Positions 55,729 to 64,000 of a DNA stretch of 64,000 bases are shown here, in pieces. Source of the DNA: Syntrophaceae bacterium UBA6078 (GTDB lineage: Bacteria; Desulfobacterota; Syntrophia; Syntrophales; UBA2210). Under the pieces are notes generated by a model, which saw only the letters and a program-made list of their open reading frames with translations, had not been told where the DNA came from and did not search any database. The stretch's first letter is position 1, and every line of letters begins with the position of its first letter. The position numbers and the translations under genes were made by a program. The DNA is taken from positions 2,114 through 66,113 of the forward strand of contig DIXO01000044.1 of assembly GCA_002428735.1 (NCBI GenBank), written 5' to 3'.

Positions 55729-55911
55729 TCAGTCTATGGCCAATTTTCCGGCTTTCCCCCGGTTTTCTTTTTTCCCTTCATGAATCAAAACCGTCACTGC
55801 CTCGGGAGGGACTTTGAAGTGCGTACACACGGCCTCGGTGATGTCCCTTACAAGCCCTCTCTTTTGTTCGACGGTCCGTCCTTCGTCCGCCTCGACGATA
55901 ATGGTAGGCAT
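55729..55911 (-). CDS. 4-oxalocrotonate tautomerase family enzyme
   Basis: 60 aa beginning MPTIIVE (catalytic Pro1), with ...EQKRGLVRDITEAV. AGGAGG-type SD. Confidence 0.8.
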   Translation of the reverse strand: MPTIIVEADEGRTVEQKRGLVRDITEAVCTHFKVPPEAVTVLIHEGKKENRGKAGKLAID

Positions 55912-56024
55912 CGTTTATTCCTCCTTTTCCTTCTTGCTCGGCTCTCTGATGGGCCTGAGCGGTGTCTCAGGCATTTCCGCTTTTTCCCTCATTATCAAAC
56001 AATGAGCCTTCCCCGATCAACCGG

Positions 56025-57176
56025 TTAGACCTCGATCTTCCCCTCTTTCATGAGCTTCGTCGGTTTGAAGATCTCCAGCTTAAATGTGTTATAGATCTCC
56101 TCCAACTTCGCGTTCAGTACGTCATACCCGATTCCCTTTGCCAAGGCGAAGGGGCCGAAGGGCGAGCCGCCGCCGTTGGCCATGGCAAGATCAATCTCCC
56201 TGGGATCGGAGCAGACGCCCTCTTCAATAAGTTTCGTCGCCTCGTTCACCTGCAAGGCAATCAGGTGGTTCAGGTCATACTCCGTGGTTGCCTTTGAGAG
56301 GTCGATCTGGGGTCTTCCCTGCGACCAGTCGTAAAACCCCTTCCCCGTCTTTTTTCCCAGATCGCCCGCCTTGATGTAGGCCGACATGGCATCGGATGGT
56401 GTGTAATCGGGGGACAGGACCTGGGCGAAGTATTCCATGCCGTGGTACGCAATGTCGATACCGACGTAGTCCAGCAGTTCAAAAGGCGCCATGGGCATGA
56501 AGGGTTTCATGGCCGCGTCGAACTCCTCCGGTGTGGGATGACCCGCTTCCAGGATCTTCGAGAGAAAAACCAGGGTGGGTTCGTTGGCCCGGTTATAGAT
56601 GAAGCCGGGCGAATCCTTTTCGACAATAACGGGAACCTTGCCAATCTTCTTCGCCAGTTCATAGCCGATCCGGATCGATTCGTCCGAGGACCAAGCTCCC
56701 CGGGTAACCTCCACCAGCTTCATCAGAATGGCGGGATTGAAAAAGTGGTATCCGATCACCTTGTCCGGTCTGTTTGTCGCCTTCGCAATCTCGGTAATGC
56801 TGATGTTCGATGTATTGGACGCGAGGATGGCATGTTCGGGGGCGAACCTGTCGACTTCGGTGAAAACGCTCTTTTTGAGTTCCAGTTTTTCCGGAACCGC
56901 TTCAATCACGAAATCGGCATCTTTGACCGCCTCCTGGAGATCAACGACGGGAATCAGCCGCGCCAGCGCGTCGTCGTGCGCTTCCGGGGTAATCTTCCCC
57001 TTTTCCTTGAACCGAGCCAGGCTCTTCCGAATCCCTTCGACACCGCGATCCACAAATTTCTGCTCAACATCACGGAGCGCTACCGTGTATCCGCCAAGAA
57101 GACAGGACGCGGCGATGCCGTGCCCCATGTCACCGGCGCCGATCATGGCAATTTTCTGCACATTCTCCAGTTTCAT
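56025..57176 (-). CDS. 3-hydroxyacyl-CoA (3-hydroxybutyryl-CoA) dehydrogenase family protein
   Basis: NAD fold IAMIGAGDMGHGIA. The 3HCDH motifs are SNTS.ISIT, HFFNP and the C-terminal 3HCDH_C repeats. Confidence 0.85.
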   Translation of the reverse strand: MKLENVQKIAMIGAGDMGHGIAASCLLGGYTVALRDVEQKFVDRGVEGIRKSLARFKEKGKITPEAHDDALARLIPVVDLQEAVKDADFVIEAVPEKLELKKSVFTEVDRFAPEHAILASNTSNISITEIAKATNRPDKVIGYHFFNPAILMKLVEVTRGAWSSDESIRIGYELAKKIGKVPVIVEKDSPGFIYNRANEPTLVFLSKILEAGHPTPEEFDAAMKPFMPMAPFELLDYVGIDIAYHGMEYFAQVLSPDYTPSDAMSAYIKAGDLGKKTGKGFYDWSQGRPQIDLSKATTEYDLNHLIALQVNEATKLIEEGVCSDPREIDLAMANGGGSPFGPFALAKGIGYDVLNAKLEEIYNTFKLEIFKPTKLMKEGKIEV

Positions 57177-57202
57177 ACCGTGACCTCCTTTGTTGCAATC
57201 AG

Positions 57203-57967
57203 TTATTCCCCCGTAAAATTGGGCGGACGTTTTTCGAGAAAGGCGGTGAAACCTTCAATGGCGTCCTTTGACGACGCTACCTTCTGAGTCCCTTCCCACT
57301 CCACCTTTGTCCCTTCGAGCAGTCCTTTTTCAAGTCCCGTATTCACGGCATTCAGAACAGCTTCTACGGCGAGGGGCGGACGCTGTGCCAGAAATTCGGC
57401 CATCTCCATGACGTCGCTCATCAGAGCCCCTCCTGCGGATACCCTGTCGACGAGACCGATTTCCAGAGCCTCCTCTGCGGTCAGGCGCTTGCTGAAGAGG
57501 ATCAGTTCCAGCGCCTTCGCTTTTCCCAGTATCCGGGGCATGCGCTGCGTCCCGCCCCATCCGGGGATGATGCCGAGATTGAGTTCGGTGAGGCCGATCT
57601 TCGCCCCCTCCTGCATAACCCTGAAGGTCGATGCCATGGCCAGTTCGCAGCCGCCGCCAAAGGCATAGCCGTTGATTGCGGCGATGACCGGCTTGGGAAA
57701 CCGGTCGATCCTCGTCCAGAGCTCCTGGCCTTTGGGTCCTGTAATATGGGCGTTCGCAACATCGCCCACATCGAATCCCGCTGAGAACCCCTTCTCACCG
57801 GCCCCGGTAATAATGAGAACTCTCACTTCCCTGTCCTGCCCGGCATCATCAAGGGCCTTCTCAAGCTCGGACAGCATGGCCAGGTTCACCGAGTTGGCCG
57901 GAGGACGGTTCAGAGTCAGCGTAGCAATGTGCCCCTGCTTTTCATAGCGGATGGTTTCGAAAGTCAT
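57203..57967 (-). CDS. Enoyl-CoA hydratase/isomerase (crotonase)
   Basis: LTLNRPPANS...ITGAGEKGFSAGFD...AINGYAFGGGCELAMA is the crotonase-fold signature. Confidence 0.9.
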   Translation of the reverse strand: MTFETIRYEKQGHIATLTLNRPPANSVNLAMLSELEKALDDAGQDREVRVLIITGAGEKGFSAGFDVGDVANAHITGPKGQELWTRIDRFPKPVIAAINGYAFGGGCELAMASTFRVMQEGAKIGLTELNLGIIPGWGGTQRMPRILGKAKALELILFSKRLTAEEALEIGLVDRVSAGGALMSDVMEMAEFLAQRPPLAVEAVLNAVNTGLEKGLLEGTKVEWEGTQKVASSKDAIEGFTAFLEKRPPNFTGE

Positions 57968-58022
57968 ATGTCTCCCCCCCCCCTTTCATGGAATGTACAC
58001 AATCTTGATCGTGTATAACAAT

Positions 58023-58050
58023 AAAAAAGGAAAGGTGTTGTCACCTTTCC
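58023..58050 (-). terminator. Strong intrinsic terminator (minus strand)
   Basis: The minus strand reads GGAAAGGTG-ACAA-CACCTTTCC-TTTTTT: a perfect 9-bp stem, a tetraloop and a T6 run. It lies about 240 nt downstream of the PPIase stop. Confidence 0.7.
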
Positions 58051-58289
58051 TTATATGGCTGAGCAATCAGGGTCCATCCGTCGCACTCTGCGAGGCTTGT
58101 CCATCCTGCATATCTGTACGATGTCGGAAGCGGGCATGGTACCCCCGGTCACAGAGAAAATTGCCCGGGACAATCAGCGCGTCATCAGAAAAAACCTCAC
58201 CGTTCATGGCCGCCTGGTCTCACCCACCGCCCCGGCAATGAAGAATCGTCCCCTTGCCACCGCAAAAATAAATTCGTCCTATGAATGCG

Positions 58290-59297
58290 TTATTTGGCCG
58301 GGTCCTGTTTTTTCGGTTCCGGAAGGAATCGTTCTATCTTCGCTTCGTTCTTCAGTTTCTCGATATATTTTTCTCCCTCGGCCCTGGTCTCCATACTCTT
58401 GAGGTACTGGGCGATCCGATCTTTGACTTCTCCGTATTCGCTTATGGTCTCCGGTTTTTTCTCCCCCGCCAGTATGAGATGATAGCCAAAATCGGTTTCG
58501 ACTATATCGCTTATTTCTCCCTTTTTCAGGGCGAAGGCCGCGTCTTCAAAAGGTTTGATCATCTGACCCCGCCCGAACTCTCCCAGGTTACCGCCGTCAG
58601 CGCTGCTGGGGCACTGGGAATATTTTTTAGCGAGTTCGGCGAAATCCGCCCCCCCCTTCAGTTCCTTCTGTATATTCTTGATCTCTTTCAGCGCCTTGGC
58701 CTTCGCGGCCTTATCCCCCGCTGGTTCAGCCTTGATCAGAATGTGCCGCGCCTGAATCTTTTCGATCTGTTTGAAAAGATCGGGATTTTTATCGTAATAG
58801 TCCTTTGTTTTTTCATCCGATATCTCGATCCGGTTTACAACCTCCTGGTCCACAAGTTTCTGGATTGCTATCCCCTCACGGAACTGGACCTTCAGCTTCT
58901 CTTCAGTCAGGTTCATCTCCTCCAGCATTTTCTCGAAACCACCCTGCTCCTGAAATTGTTTCTTTATATTCGCAATCTGCTCATCGACAGCCGTTTCCTC
59001 TACCTGTACCCCTTTTTTCCGGCTTTCCTGGTAGAGAATCTCATGGGCAATAAGACTTTCAAGAATTTCTCTCTTTATTCCAGCCAGCTTTTCTCCATCC
59101 GCCTGCGCCAGTTCGGTATATTGCTTTTTCACAAGAAACAGATCCGCGTCCAGTTCATCCTGGGTAATTACTTCCCCGTTGACCATAGCTACCGCGCCCT
59201 CGGGGACTTTCGGTTCCCCCTTGCATCCCTGCAGAACGCAGAAGGCCATGACAATAACCACGAGGATGTAAAGCCACCTTTTTTGTACTATATGCAT
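58290..59297 (-). CDS. Parvulin-type peptidyl-prolyl isomerase lipoprotein (SurA/PrsA-like)
   Basis: Signal peptide and lipobox MHIVQKRWLYILVVIVMAFCVLQGC. PPIC domain ARHILIK...GGNLGEFGRGQM...FGYHLI. I used the ATG at 59297, preceded by AAGGAAAGGA. Confidence 0.85.
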   Translation of the reverse strand: MHIVQKRWLYILVVIVMAFCVLQGCKGEPKVPEGAVAMVNGEVITQDELDADLFLVKKQYTELAQADGEKLAGIKREILESLIAHEILYQESRKKGVQVEETAVDEQIANIKKQFQEQGGFEKMLEEMNLTEEKLKVQFREGIAIQKLVDQEVVNRIEISDEKTKDYYDKNPDLFKQIEKIQARHILIKAEPAGDKAAKAKALKEIKNIQKELKGGADFAELAKKYSQCPSSADGGNLGEFGRGQMIKPFEDAAFALKKGEISDIVETDFGYHLILAGEKKPETISEYGEVKDRIAQYLKSMETRAEGEKYIEKLKNEAKIERFLPEPKKQDPAK

Positions 59298-59423
59298 CTG
59301 GTATGTCCTTTCCTTCAAGAATACACCCCTTCTACACTAATGAGCCCGCAATGCAAGCGTTTTCTTGTGCTTGCGCGTGTAACGTTTGCCGCTTTTCCCT
59401 CGGCCGTGAATCATAGTTGCCCG

Positions 59424-59452
59424 TTGACAATACACCGGGGAACGATTAGTAT
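59424..59452 (+). promoter_or_regulatory. Sigma-70-type promoter candidate for the hemolysin-III-family gene
   Basis: TTGACA, a 17-nt spacer, then TAGTAT. Confidence 0.45.
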
Positions 59453-59549
59453 TGATTCCCGGCCTTGAGGGATCAGCAACGCGGGCCGGCGGGCGTATAC
59501 CGGTTGCGGAACATTCCGCCCCGTTATTCCCAACAGGAGAACCACTGCC

Positions 59550-60200
59550 ATGATAAAACTGAAGGATCCCGTGAGCGGGCTGACCCATTTCATCGGTCTT
59601 GTCCTCGCTGTGACCGGGCTCGTATTCCTGATATGGGGAGCCACCCACCCCGTCAGGCCTGTTCACATCGCGGCCTTTTCCGTATTCGGTGCCGGGATGA
59701 TTCTGCTCTATACGGCAAGCACTCTGTATCACTGGCTTCCCGTTTCAGAAACAGTCAGCCAGCGTCTCCGCAAGATCGATCACATGATGATCTTCATCCT
59801 CATCGCCGCCACCTACACCCCCGTCTGCCTGATCCCCCTGCGGGGCGCCTGGGGGTGGAGTCTGTTCGGCGTCATCTGGGGATTGACCGTCATCGGCATT
59901 CTGATGAAGATTTTCTGGATGCAGGCCCCACGGTGGCTCTACACCCTCATCTATATCGCTACCGGGTGGGTGGCGGTGGTAGCCATCTGGCCGTTGATAC
60001 AGGCCCTTCACCTCGGCGGGATGGTCTGGCTGTTCCTTGGCGGGCTGTTCTATACGACGGGCGCCGTGATCTATGCCATCAGGAAACCCGACCCGTGGCC
60101 CCGTGTCATCGGCTTTCATGAAATATTTCATGTCTTCGTCATGATGGGAACCTTCTCACACTTCTGGATGATGTACCGCTACGTCATGCCCTTCAGCTAA
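59550..60200 (+). CDS. Hemolysin III / PAQR family membrane protein
   Basis: Seven TM segments with family motifs: STLYH...LRKIDH..IFILIAATYTP...FHEIFHVFV. Confidence 0.85.
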   Translation: MIKLKDPVSGLTHFIGLVLAVTGLVFLIWGATHPVRPVHIAAFSVFGAGMILLYTASTLYHWLPVSETVSQRLRKIDHMMIFILIAATYTPVCLIPLRGAWGWSLFGVIWGLTVIGILMKIFWMQAPRWLYTLIYIATGWVAVVAIWPLIQALHLGGMVWLFLGGLFYTTGAVIYAIRKPDPWPRVIGFHEIFHVFVMMGTFSHFWMMYRYVMPFS

Positions 60201-60286
60201 GGAGATCTCCCGAACACCAGACCGGTTCAGGATATGGTAATCCCCAAATCCCGACACCTTCTCATTTCCTGGAAAATCAAACTCAT

Positions 60287-62572
60287 ATGGAACTCACACA
60301 ACAGATGCCGGACACACATATCGCTCAGATCGCGCGCGAACTCAATCTGACGGAAAAACAGGTACGCGCGGCCGCCCTCCTTCTCGAAGAGGGAGCGACC
60401 GTCCCCTTCATTGCCCGATACCGCAAGGAAGCAACGGGCGGACTCGATGAAGTCAATATCATATCAATCCGGGACCGCCTCGAACAACTCGACACGCTGG
60501 ACAAGCGCAGAGAGGCCATCCTCAAATCACTGGAGGAGCAGGGAAAGCTTACCGACGAGTTGCGGGGGGCGGTCATGTCCGCACCGACCCTGGCCGCGCT
60601 GGAGGATATCTACCTCCCCTACCGGCCGAAACGCCGGACCCGGGCGACCGTTGCACAGGAGCGGGGGCTCGAACCGCTGGCCACTCTGCTTTTCGAGCAG
60701 GGAGATATGGACCCGCTCGTGGAGGCATCCGCCTTTATTGATCCGGAAAAGGGGGTGGCAACGGCGCAGGACGCGCTCGCCGGTGCCCGCGACATCATTG
60801 CCGAGTGGATCAACGAAGACGCGAAGGTCAGGGACGCCCTCCGTGAACTTTTTGCCAGGAAGGCGCTGATCCGCGTGAAGGCAGTCAAGGACAAGGAAGA
60901 AGAGGGATCGAAGTACACGGATTACTTCGACTGGGAGGAACCGGTCGCCACGGCCCCATCGCACCGAGTTCTGGCCATCCGCCGGGGAGCCGCCGAGGGA
61001 TTCCTCAACTTTCGGGTCCTCCCTGATGAGGAAAGGACCATGGCCATCCTGGAGCGGCATTTTGTCAAAGGCGCCGGTCCCGCTTCACAGGAGGTACGCC
61101 TCGCCGTTCGCGACGGCTACAAGCGCCTCCTCGCCCCTTCCATGGAAACGGAGACCCGCCTGGAAAGCAAAAACAGGGCTGACGCGGAGGCGATCAGGGT
61201 CTTCTCGCAGAATATCCGGAATCTCCTTCTCACGCCGCCCCTCGGCCAGAAGCGGGTTCTCGCCATCGATCCGGGGCTGCGCACCGGGTGCAAGATCGTC
61301 TGCCTCGACCCGCAGGGGAAGCTCGTGCACAACGATACCATCTATCCCCTGGAACCGCGGAACCGCGTGAAGGAATCGGAAGAAACCCTGCGAAATCTGG
61401 CGGAGCGGTTCGGTATCGAGGCCATCGCCATCGGCAACGGCACGGGGGGGCGGGAGACCGAGGCGTTCTGCAAGGGAATCGACTTCGGCAGGAAGATCCC
61501 GGTAATCGTTGTCAGCGAGAGCGGGGCGTCGGTCTATTCCGCCTCGGAAGCCGCCCGTGAAGAATTCCCCGACCACGACCTGACCGTCCGCGGCGCCGTT
61601 TCCATCGGGAGGCGTCTCATGGACCCCCTGTCGGAACTGGTCAAGATCGACCCCAAGGCCATCGGCGTGGGGCAGTATCAGCATGACGTGGATCAGAAGG
61701 CCCTCAGAAAATCGTTGGACGATGTGGTCTCAAGCTGCGTCAACATGGTCGGCGTGGAGGTGAACACCGCCGGCAGACAGATCCTGAGCTACGTCTCCGG
61801 CCTCTCGGAACGGCTGGCGGCGCACATCGTGGCCTATCGCGACGAAAACGGCCCCTTCCCGTCGCGCGCCGAACTGAAAAAGGTCCCCGGCATGGGGGCG
61901 AAGTCCTTCGAGCAGGCCGCCGGGTTTCTCAGGATCCACGGCGCGAAGAATCCTCTCGACGCCTCCGCCGTCCACCCCGAAAGCTATGAGATCGTGGAAC
62001 GAATGGCCCTCGATCTGGACTGCACGGTTCCGGACCTGATGACGCAACCTGAACTGCGCGACAGGATTATCCTGAAAAAATACGTGAGCGACACCATCGG
62101 CATTCCCACCCTCACCGATATCATGGATGAACTCGCCAAACCCGGCCGCGACCCGCGGGAGCCATTCGAACTCTTTGCCTTCACCGAGGGGGTGAAGACG
62201 CTTGCGGACCTGCAGACAGGGATGAAGCTTCCCGGCGTGGTGACAAACGTGACGGCCTTCGGCGCCTTCGTGGACATCGGTGTCCACCAGGACGGACTCG
62301 TCCATATCAGCGAACTGGCCGATCGCTTTATCCGCGATCCCCACAGCCTTTTGACAGTCAATCAGAAAGTATCCGTCACGGTCATTGACGTGGATATGAA
62401 ACGACACCGCATCGCCCTTTCCATGCGCACCAATCCCCTGAAGCCGCGAAGCGGAAAAGGGAAGAAGCCATCTTCCGGGGGAAAGGGTTCAAACGGCGCA
62501 TCAGGAGGGGACACGGCAGGAAAAAAGAAACCGGCGGGACCATCCGCCGACCCTCACACTCACGCGCTGTGA
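60287..62572 (+). CDS. tex: Tex-like transcription accessory protein (YqgF/RuvC-like, HhH and S1 domains)
   Basis: The N-terminus is IAQIARELNL..KQVRAAALLLEEGATVPFIARYRKE. The C-terminal S1 domain is GVVTNVTAFGAFVDIG.HQDGLVHISE. Confidence 0.9.
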   Translation: MELTQQMPDTHIAQIARELNLTEKQVRAAALLLEEGATVPFIARYRKEATGGLDEVNIISIRDRLEQLDTLDKRREAILKSLEEQGKLTDELRGAVMSAPTLAALEDIYLPYRPKRRTRATVAQERGLEPLATLLFEQGDMDPLVEASAFIDPEKGVATAQDALAGARDIIAEWINEDAKVRDALRELFARKALIRVKAVKDKEEEGSKYTDYFDWEEPVATAPSHRVLAIRRGAAEGFLNFRVLPDEERTMAILERHFVKGAGPASQEVRLAVRDGYKRLLAPSMETETRLESKNRADAEAIRVFSQNIRNLLLTPPLGQKRVLAIDPGLRTGCKIVCLDPQGKLVHNDTIYPLEPRNRVKESEETLRNLAERFGIEAIAIGNGTGGRETEAFCKGIDFGRKIPVIVVSESGASVYSASEAAREEFPDHDLTVRGAVSIGRRLMDPLSELVKIDPKAIGVGQYQHDVDQKALRKSLDDVVSSCVNMVGVEVNTAGRQILSYVSGLSERLAAHIVAYRDENGPFPSRAELKKVPGMGAKSFEQAAGFLRIHGAKNPLDASAVHPESYEIVERMALDLDCTVPDLMTQPELRDRIILKKYVSDTIGIPTLTDIMDELAKPGRDPREPFELFAFTEGVKTLADLQTGMKLPGVVTNVTAFGAFVDIGVHQDGLVHISELADRFIRDPHSLLTVNQKVSVTVIDVDMKRHRIALSMRTNPLKPRSGKGKKPSSGGKGSNGASGGDTAGKKKPAGPSADPHTHAL

Positions 62573-62577
62573 ATGAA

Positions 62578-63054
62578 ATGATCGAGAAGATAGTATCCGG
62601 CGGCCAGACCGGCGCGGATCAGGCGGCCCTCGATGTCGCCATACAGGCGGGCATCCCTCATGGAGGCTGGGTGCCGAGAGGACGGATGACCGAAGCGGGA
62701 GCACTCTCCGATAGATACCGGATGCGGGAGATGCCCACCGACGGCTATGCGGAGCGCACCGAGCGGAACGTAATCGATTCGGACGGAACCATTATCTTCT
62801 CTCACGGAGCGCTCGACGGGGGATCGGCACTGACGGAAATACGTGCAGAAGAACATGGGCGCCCACATCTCCACCTCGATATGGAAAGGCTCTCCATCGC
62901 CGGGGCGGCGGGTACGCTGAAGGAATGGATTAAAAACAACGCGATACGGGTCCTGAACGTCGCGGGCCCGCGGGCGAGCAAAGACCCCGATATCTATCGT
63001 GTCACGACCGCGGTTCTGGAATCCCTGCTCGGAAAAAACAGGGCGGCGATATAG
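62578..63054 (+). CDS. SLOG-fold 'putative molybdenum carrier' (YpsA-like) family protein
   Basis: MIEKIVSGGQTGADQAALDVAI..GIPHGGWVPRGR...E is the family's N-terminal motif. The listed GTG at 62569 overlaps the tex stop. Confidence 0.6.
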   Translation: MIEKIVSGGQTGADQAALDVAIQAGIPHGGWVPRGRMTEAGALSDRYRMREMPTDGYAERTERNVIDSDGTIIFSHGALDGGSALTEIRAEEHGRPHLHLDMERLSIAGAAGTLKEWIKNNAIRVLNVAGPRASKDPDIYRVTTAVLESLLGKNRAAI

Positions 63055-63060
63055 CCGTTA

Positions 63061-63561
63061 TTATCTCAACAGACACTCGAAGCGCTGTTCGTTAACCTCA
63101 GTCCCCCACTGCGTTCCCCTGCGTTCCTCAACCAACATGAAACCCGCCTTTTCGTAGAGGCACTTGGCGGCTCCGAGCCCCTCGAATGTCCAGAGATAAA
63201 CCTTCCCGAATCCCTTGTCCCGGCAGAACCTCATGGCGGTCTCGATGAGCCGGGTGCCTGCTCCGTTTCGCTGGAAGGCATCGGAAACGATGAACCACCG
63301 AACATGCGCCCCCTCGCTTTCGGCGTGGATGCCGTCAATAACGATGGAGCCTTCGACGCTTCCGTCCGCCAGGGCAAGCCAGAAACCATCCCGGCTTTCG
63401 TCATATCGCTTGAGAAAATCGGAAAGCTCAGTTGCAACCTTTACTTCGAAAAAGAGCCCGAAGCCCCAGTGTTGATGGTAGTAGGCGCCGTGCAGTTGGA
63501 CAACGCGCCCAAGCGATCCGGGGATATATCCCTGAGCAATCCTGATTTCCGGCATACGCAC
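63061..63561 (-). CDS. GNAT family N-acetyltransferase
   Basis: The acetyl-CoA motif A is FQRNGAGTRLIETAMRFCRDKGF, and the length fits one GNAT domain. Confidence 0.8.
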   Translation of the reverse strand: MRMPEIRIAQGYIPGSLGRVVQLHGAYYHQHWGFGLFFEVKVATELSDFLKRYDESRDGFWLALADGSVEGSIVIDGIHAESEGAHVRWFIVSDAFQRNGAGTRLIETAMRFCRDKGFGKVYLWTFEGLGAAKCLYEKAGFMLVEERRGTQWGTEVNEQRFECLLR

Positions 63562-63618
63562 CTCTGCTTTACGTCGCAGCGCGCGGGACGGGACATGACC
63601 GGCCTCAGAGAGGGGCTA

Positions 63619-64000
63619 TCAATCCGCCTGCCCTTTTCCTACCACAAATTTACCCGTGAAATACTTCTTCCGTATATTCCCCGCTTCTTCCGCGATCCAT
63701 CGTTCTATCCCGACGTTTTTGATCCGGCCGAGGTTGTACACCTTCATGTTATGAGGATACCGGGCAGCCTGGTCGGCCATCGGCGCCAGGAAAGCGCATG
63801 GAAAATCACTGCAGTCGCAGCACAAATCGACACCCCTGGCCTTGACGCAATTCAGGGTCACGCACCCCTCCACCGGCAAATGGAAGTGCTTTCCGTCCTG
63901 CTGCCGGCAGCCTTTACACGGGATCGCCTCTTTCGGGATACCCATTTTCGTGTGAAAAATGTCAACAAGTTTGTCCGTCAGATTCAGTTCGTACAGTTCG
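63619..64000 (-). CDS. DUF3795-like Cys-rich protein; the frame stays open to the window end, so the 5' end may lie outside
   Basis: CKGCRQ...CVTLNCVKARGVDLCCDCSDFPC resembles the DUF3795 pattern. No in-frame stop lies between the listed Met (63945) and base 64000. Confidence 0.5.
   Translation of the reverse strand, partial: ELYELNLTDKLVDIFHTKMGIPKEAIPCKGCRQQDGKHFHLPVEGCVTLNCVKARGVDLCCDCSDFPCAFLAPMADQAARYPHNMKVYNLGRIKNVGIERWIAEEAGNIRKKYFTGKFVVGKGQAD

Noticed and set aside
58281-59468. 395-aa plus-strand ORF
   Set aside because: It is antisense to the parvulin-type PPIase lipoprotein gene. The translation is Phe/Leu-rich nonsense, mirroring the Lys/Glu-rich real protein.

Overview
Visibly GC-rich chromosomal segment from a selenocysteine-decoding anaerobe. 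The gene content is FdhA-type formate dehydrogenase plus FocA, SelA, sigma-54/NtrC signalling, 4-hydroxybutyryl-CoA-dehydratase-family and beta-oxidation-type enzymes, PntAB transhydrogenase, and NifX-like/DUF5320 proteins. This fits a syntrophic or sulfate-reducer-like Deltaproteobacterium (Desulfobacterota); that is an inference, not a search result. I call about 70 protein-coding genes, mostly housekeeping or central metabolism. I recognised no rRNA, tRNA, CRISPR array, transposase or integrase by eye.

Main points:
1. Three genes are split in the ORF track by a single in-frame TGA at a redox-active position, and I read them as selenoproteins. They are an IscA/HesB-like protein (28165..28485), a peroxiredoxin/redoxin-like UxxC protein (52102..52584), and a small thioredoxin-fold-like U-M-S-C protein (44209..44484), which is the least certain and most novel. 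Each has a strong Shine-Dalgarno at the upstream ATG and a stem-loop 3' of the UGA.
2. The small selenoprotein candidate heads a [small ORF - methyltransferase - nitroreductase] unit that appears tandemly duplicated, with reciprocal decay of the two copies (42935..45270).
3. There are two AT-rich patches of orphan genes. One (18879..20439) is wedged between selA and rluD. The other (49673..50947) lies inside a 2.5-kb segment bracketed by a ~55-bp direct repeat that carries a near-consensus promoter.
4. A GG-N10-GC sigma-54 promoter links an NtrC-type activator to a CheY/hybrid-kinase operon.

Many long ORFs in the track are antisense shadow ORFs typical of GC-rich DNA and were rejected. All family assignments come from motif recognition in the translations; no database search was run.
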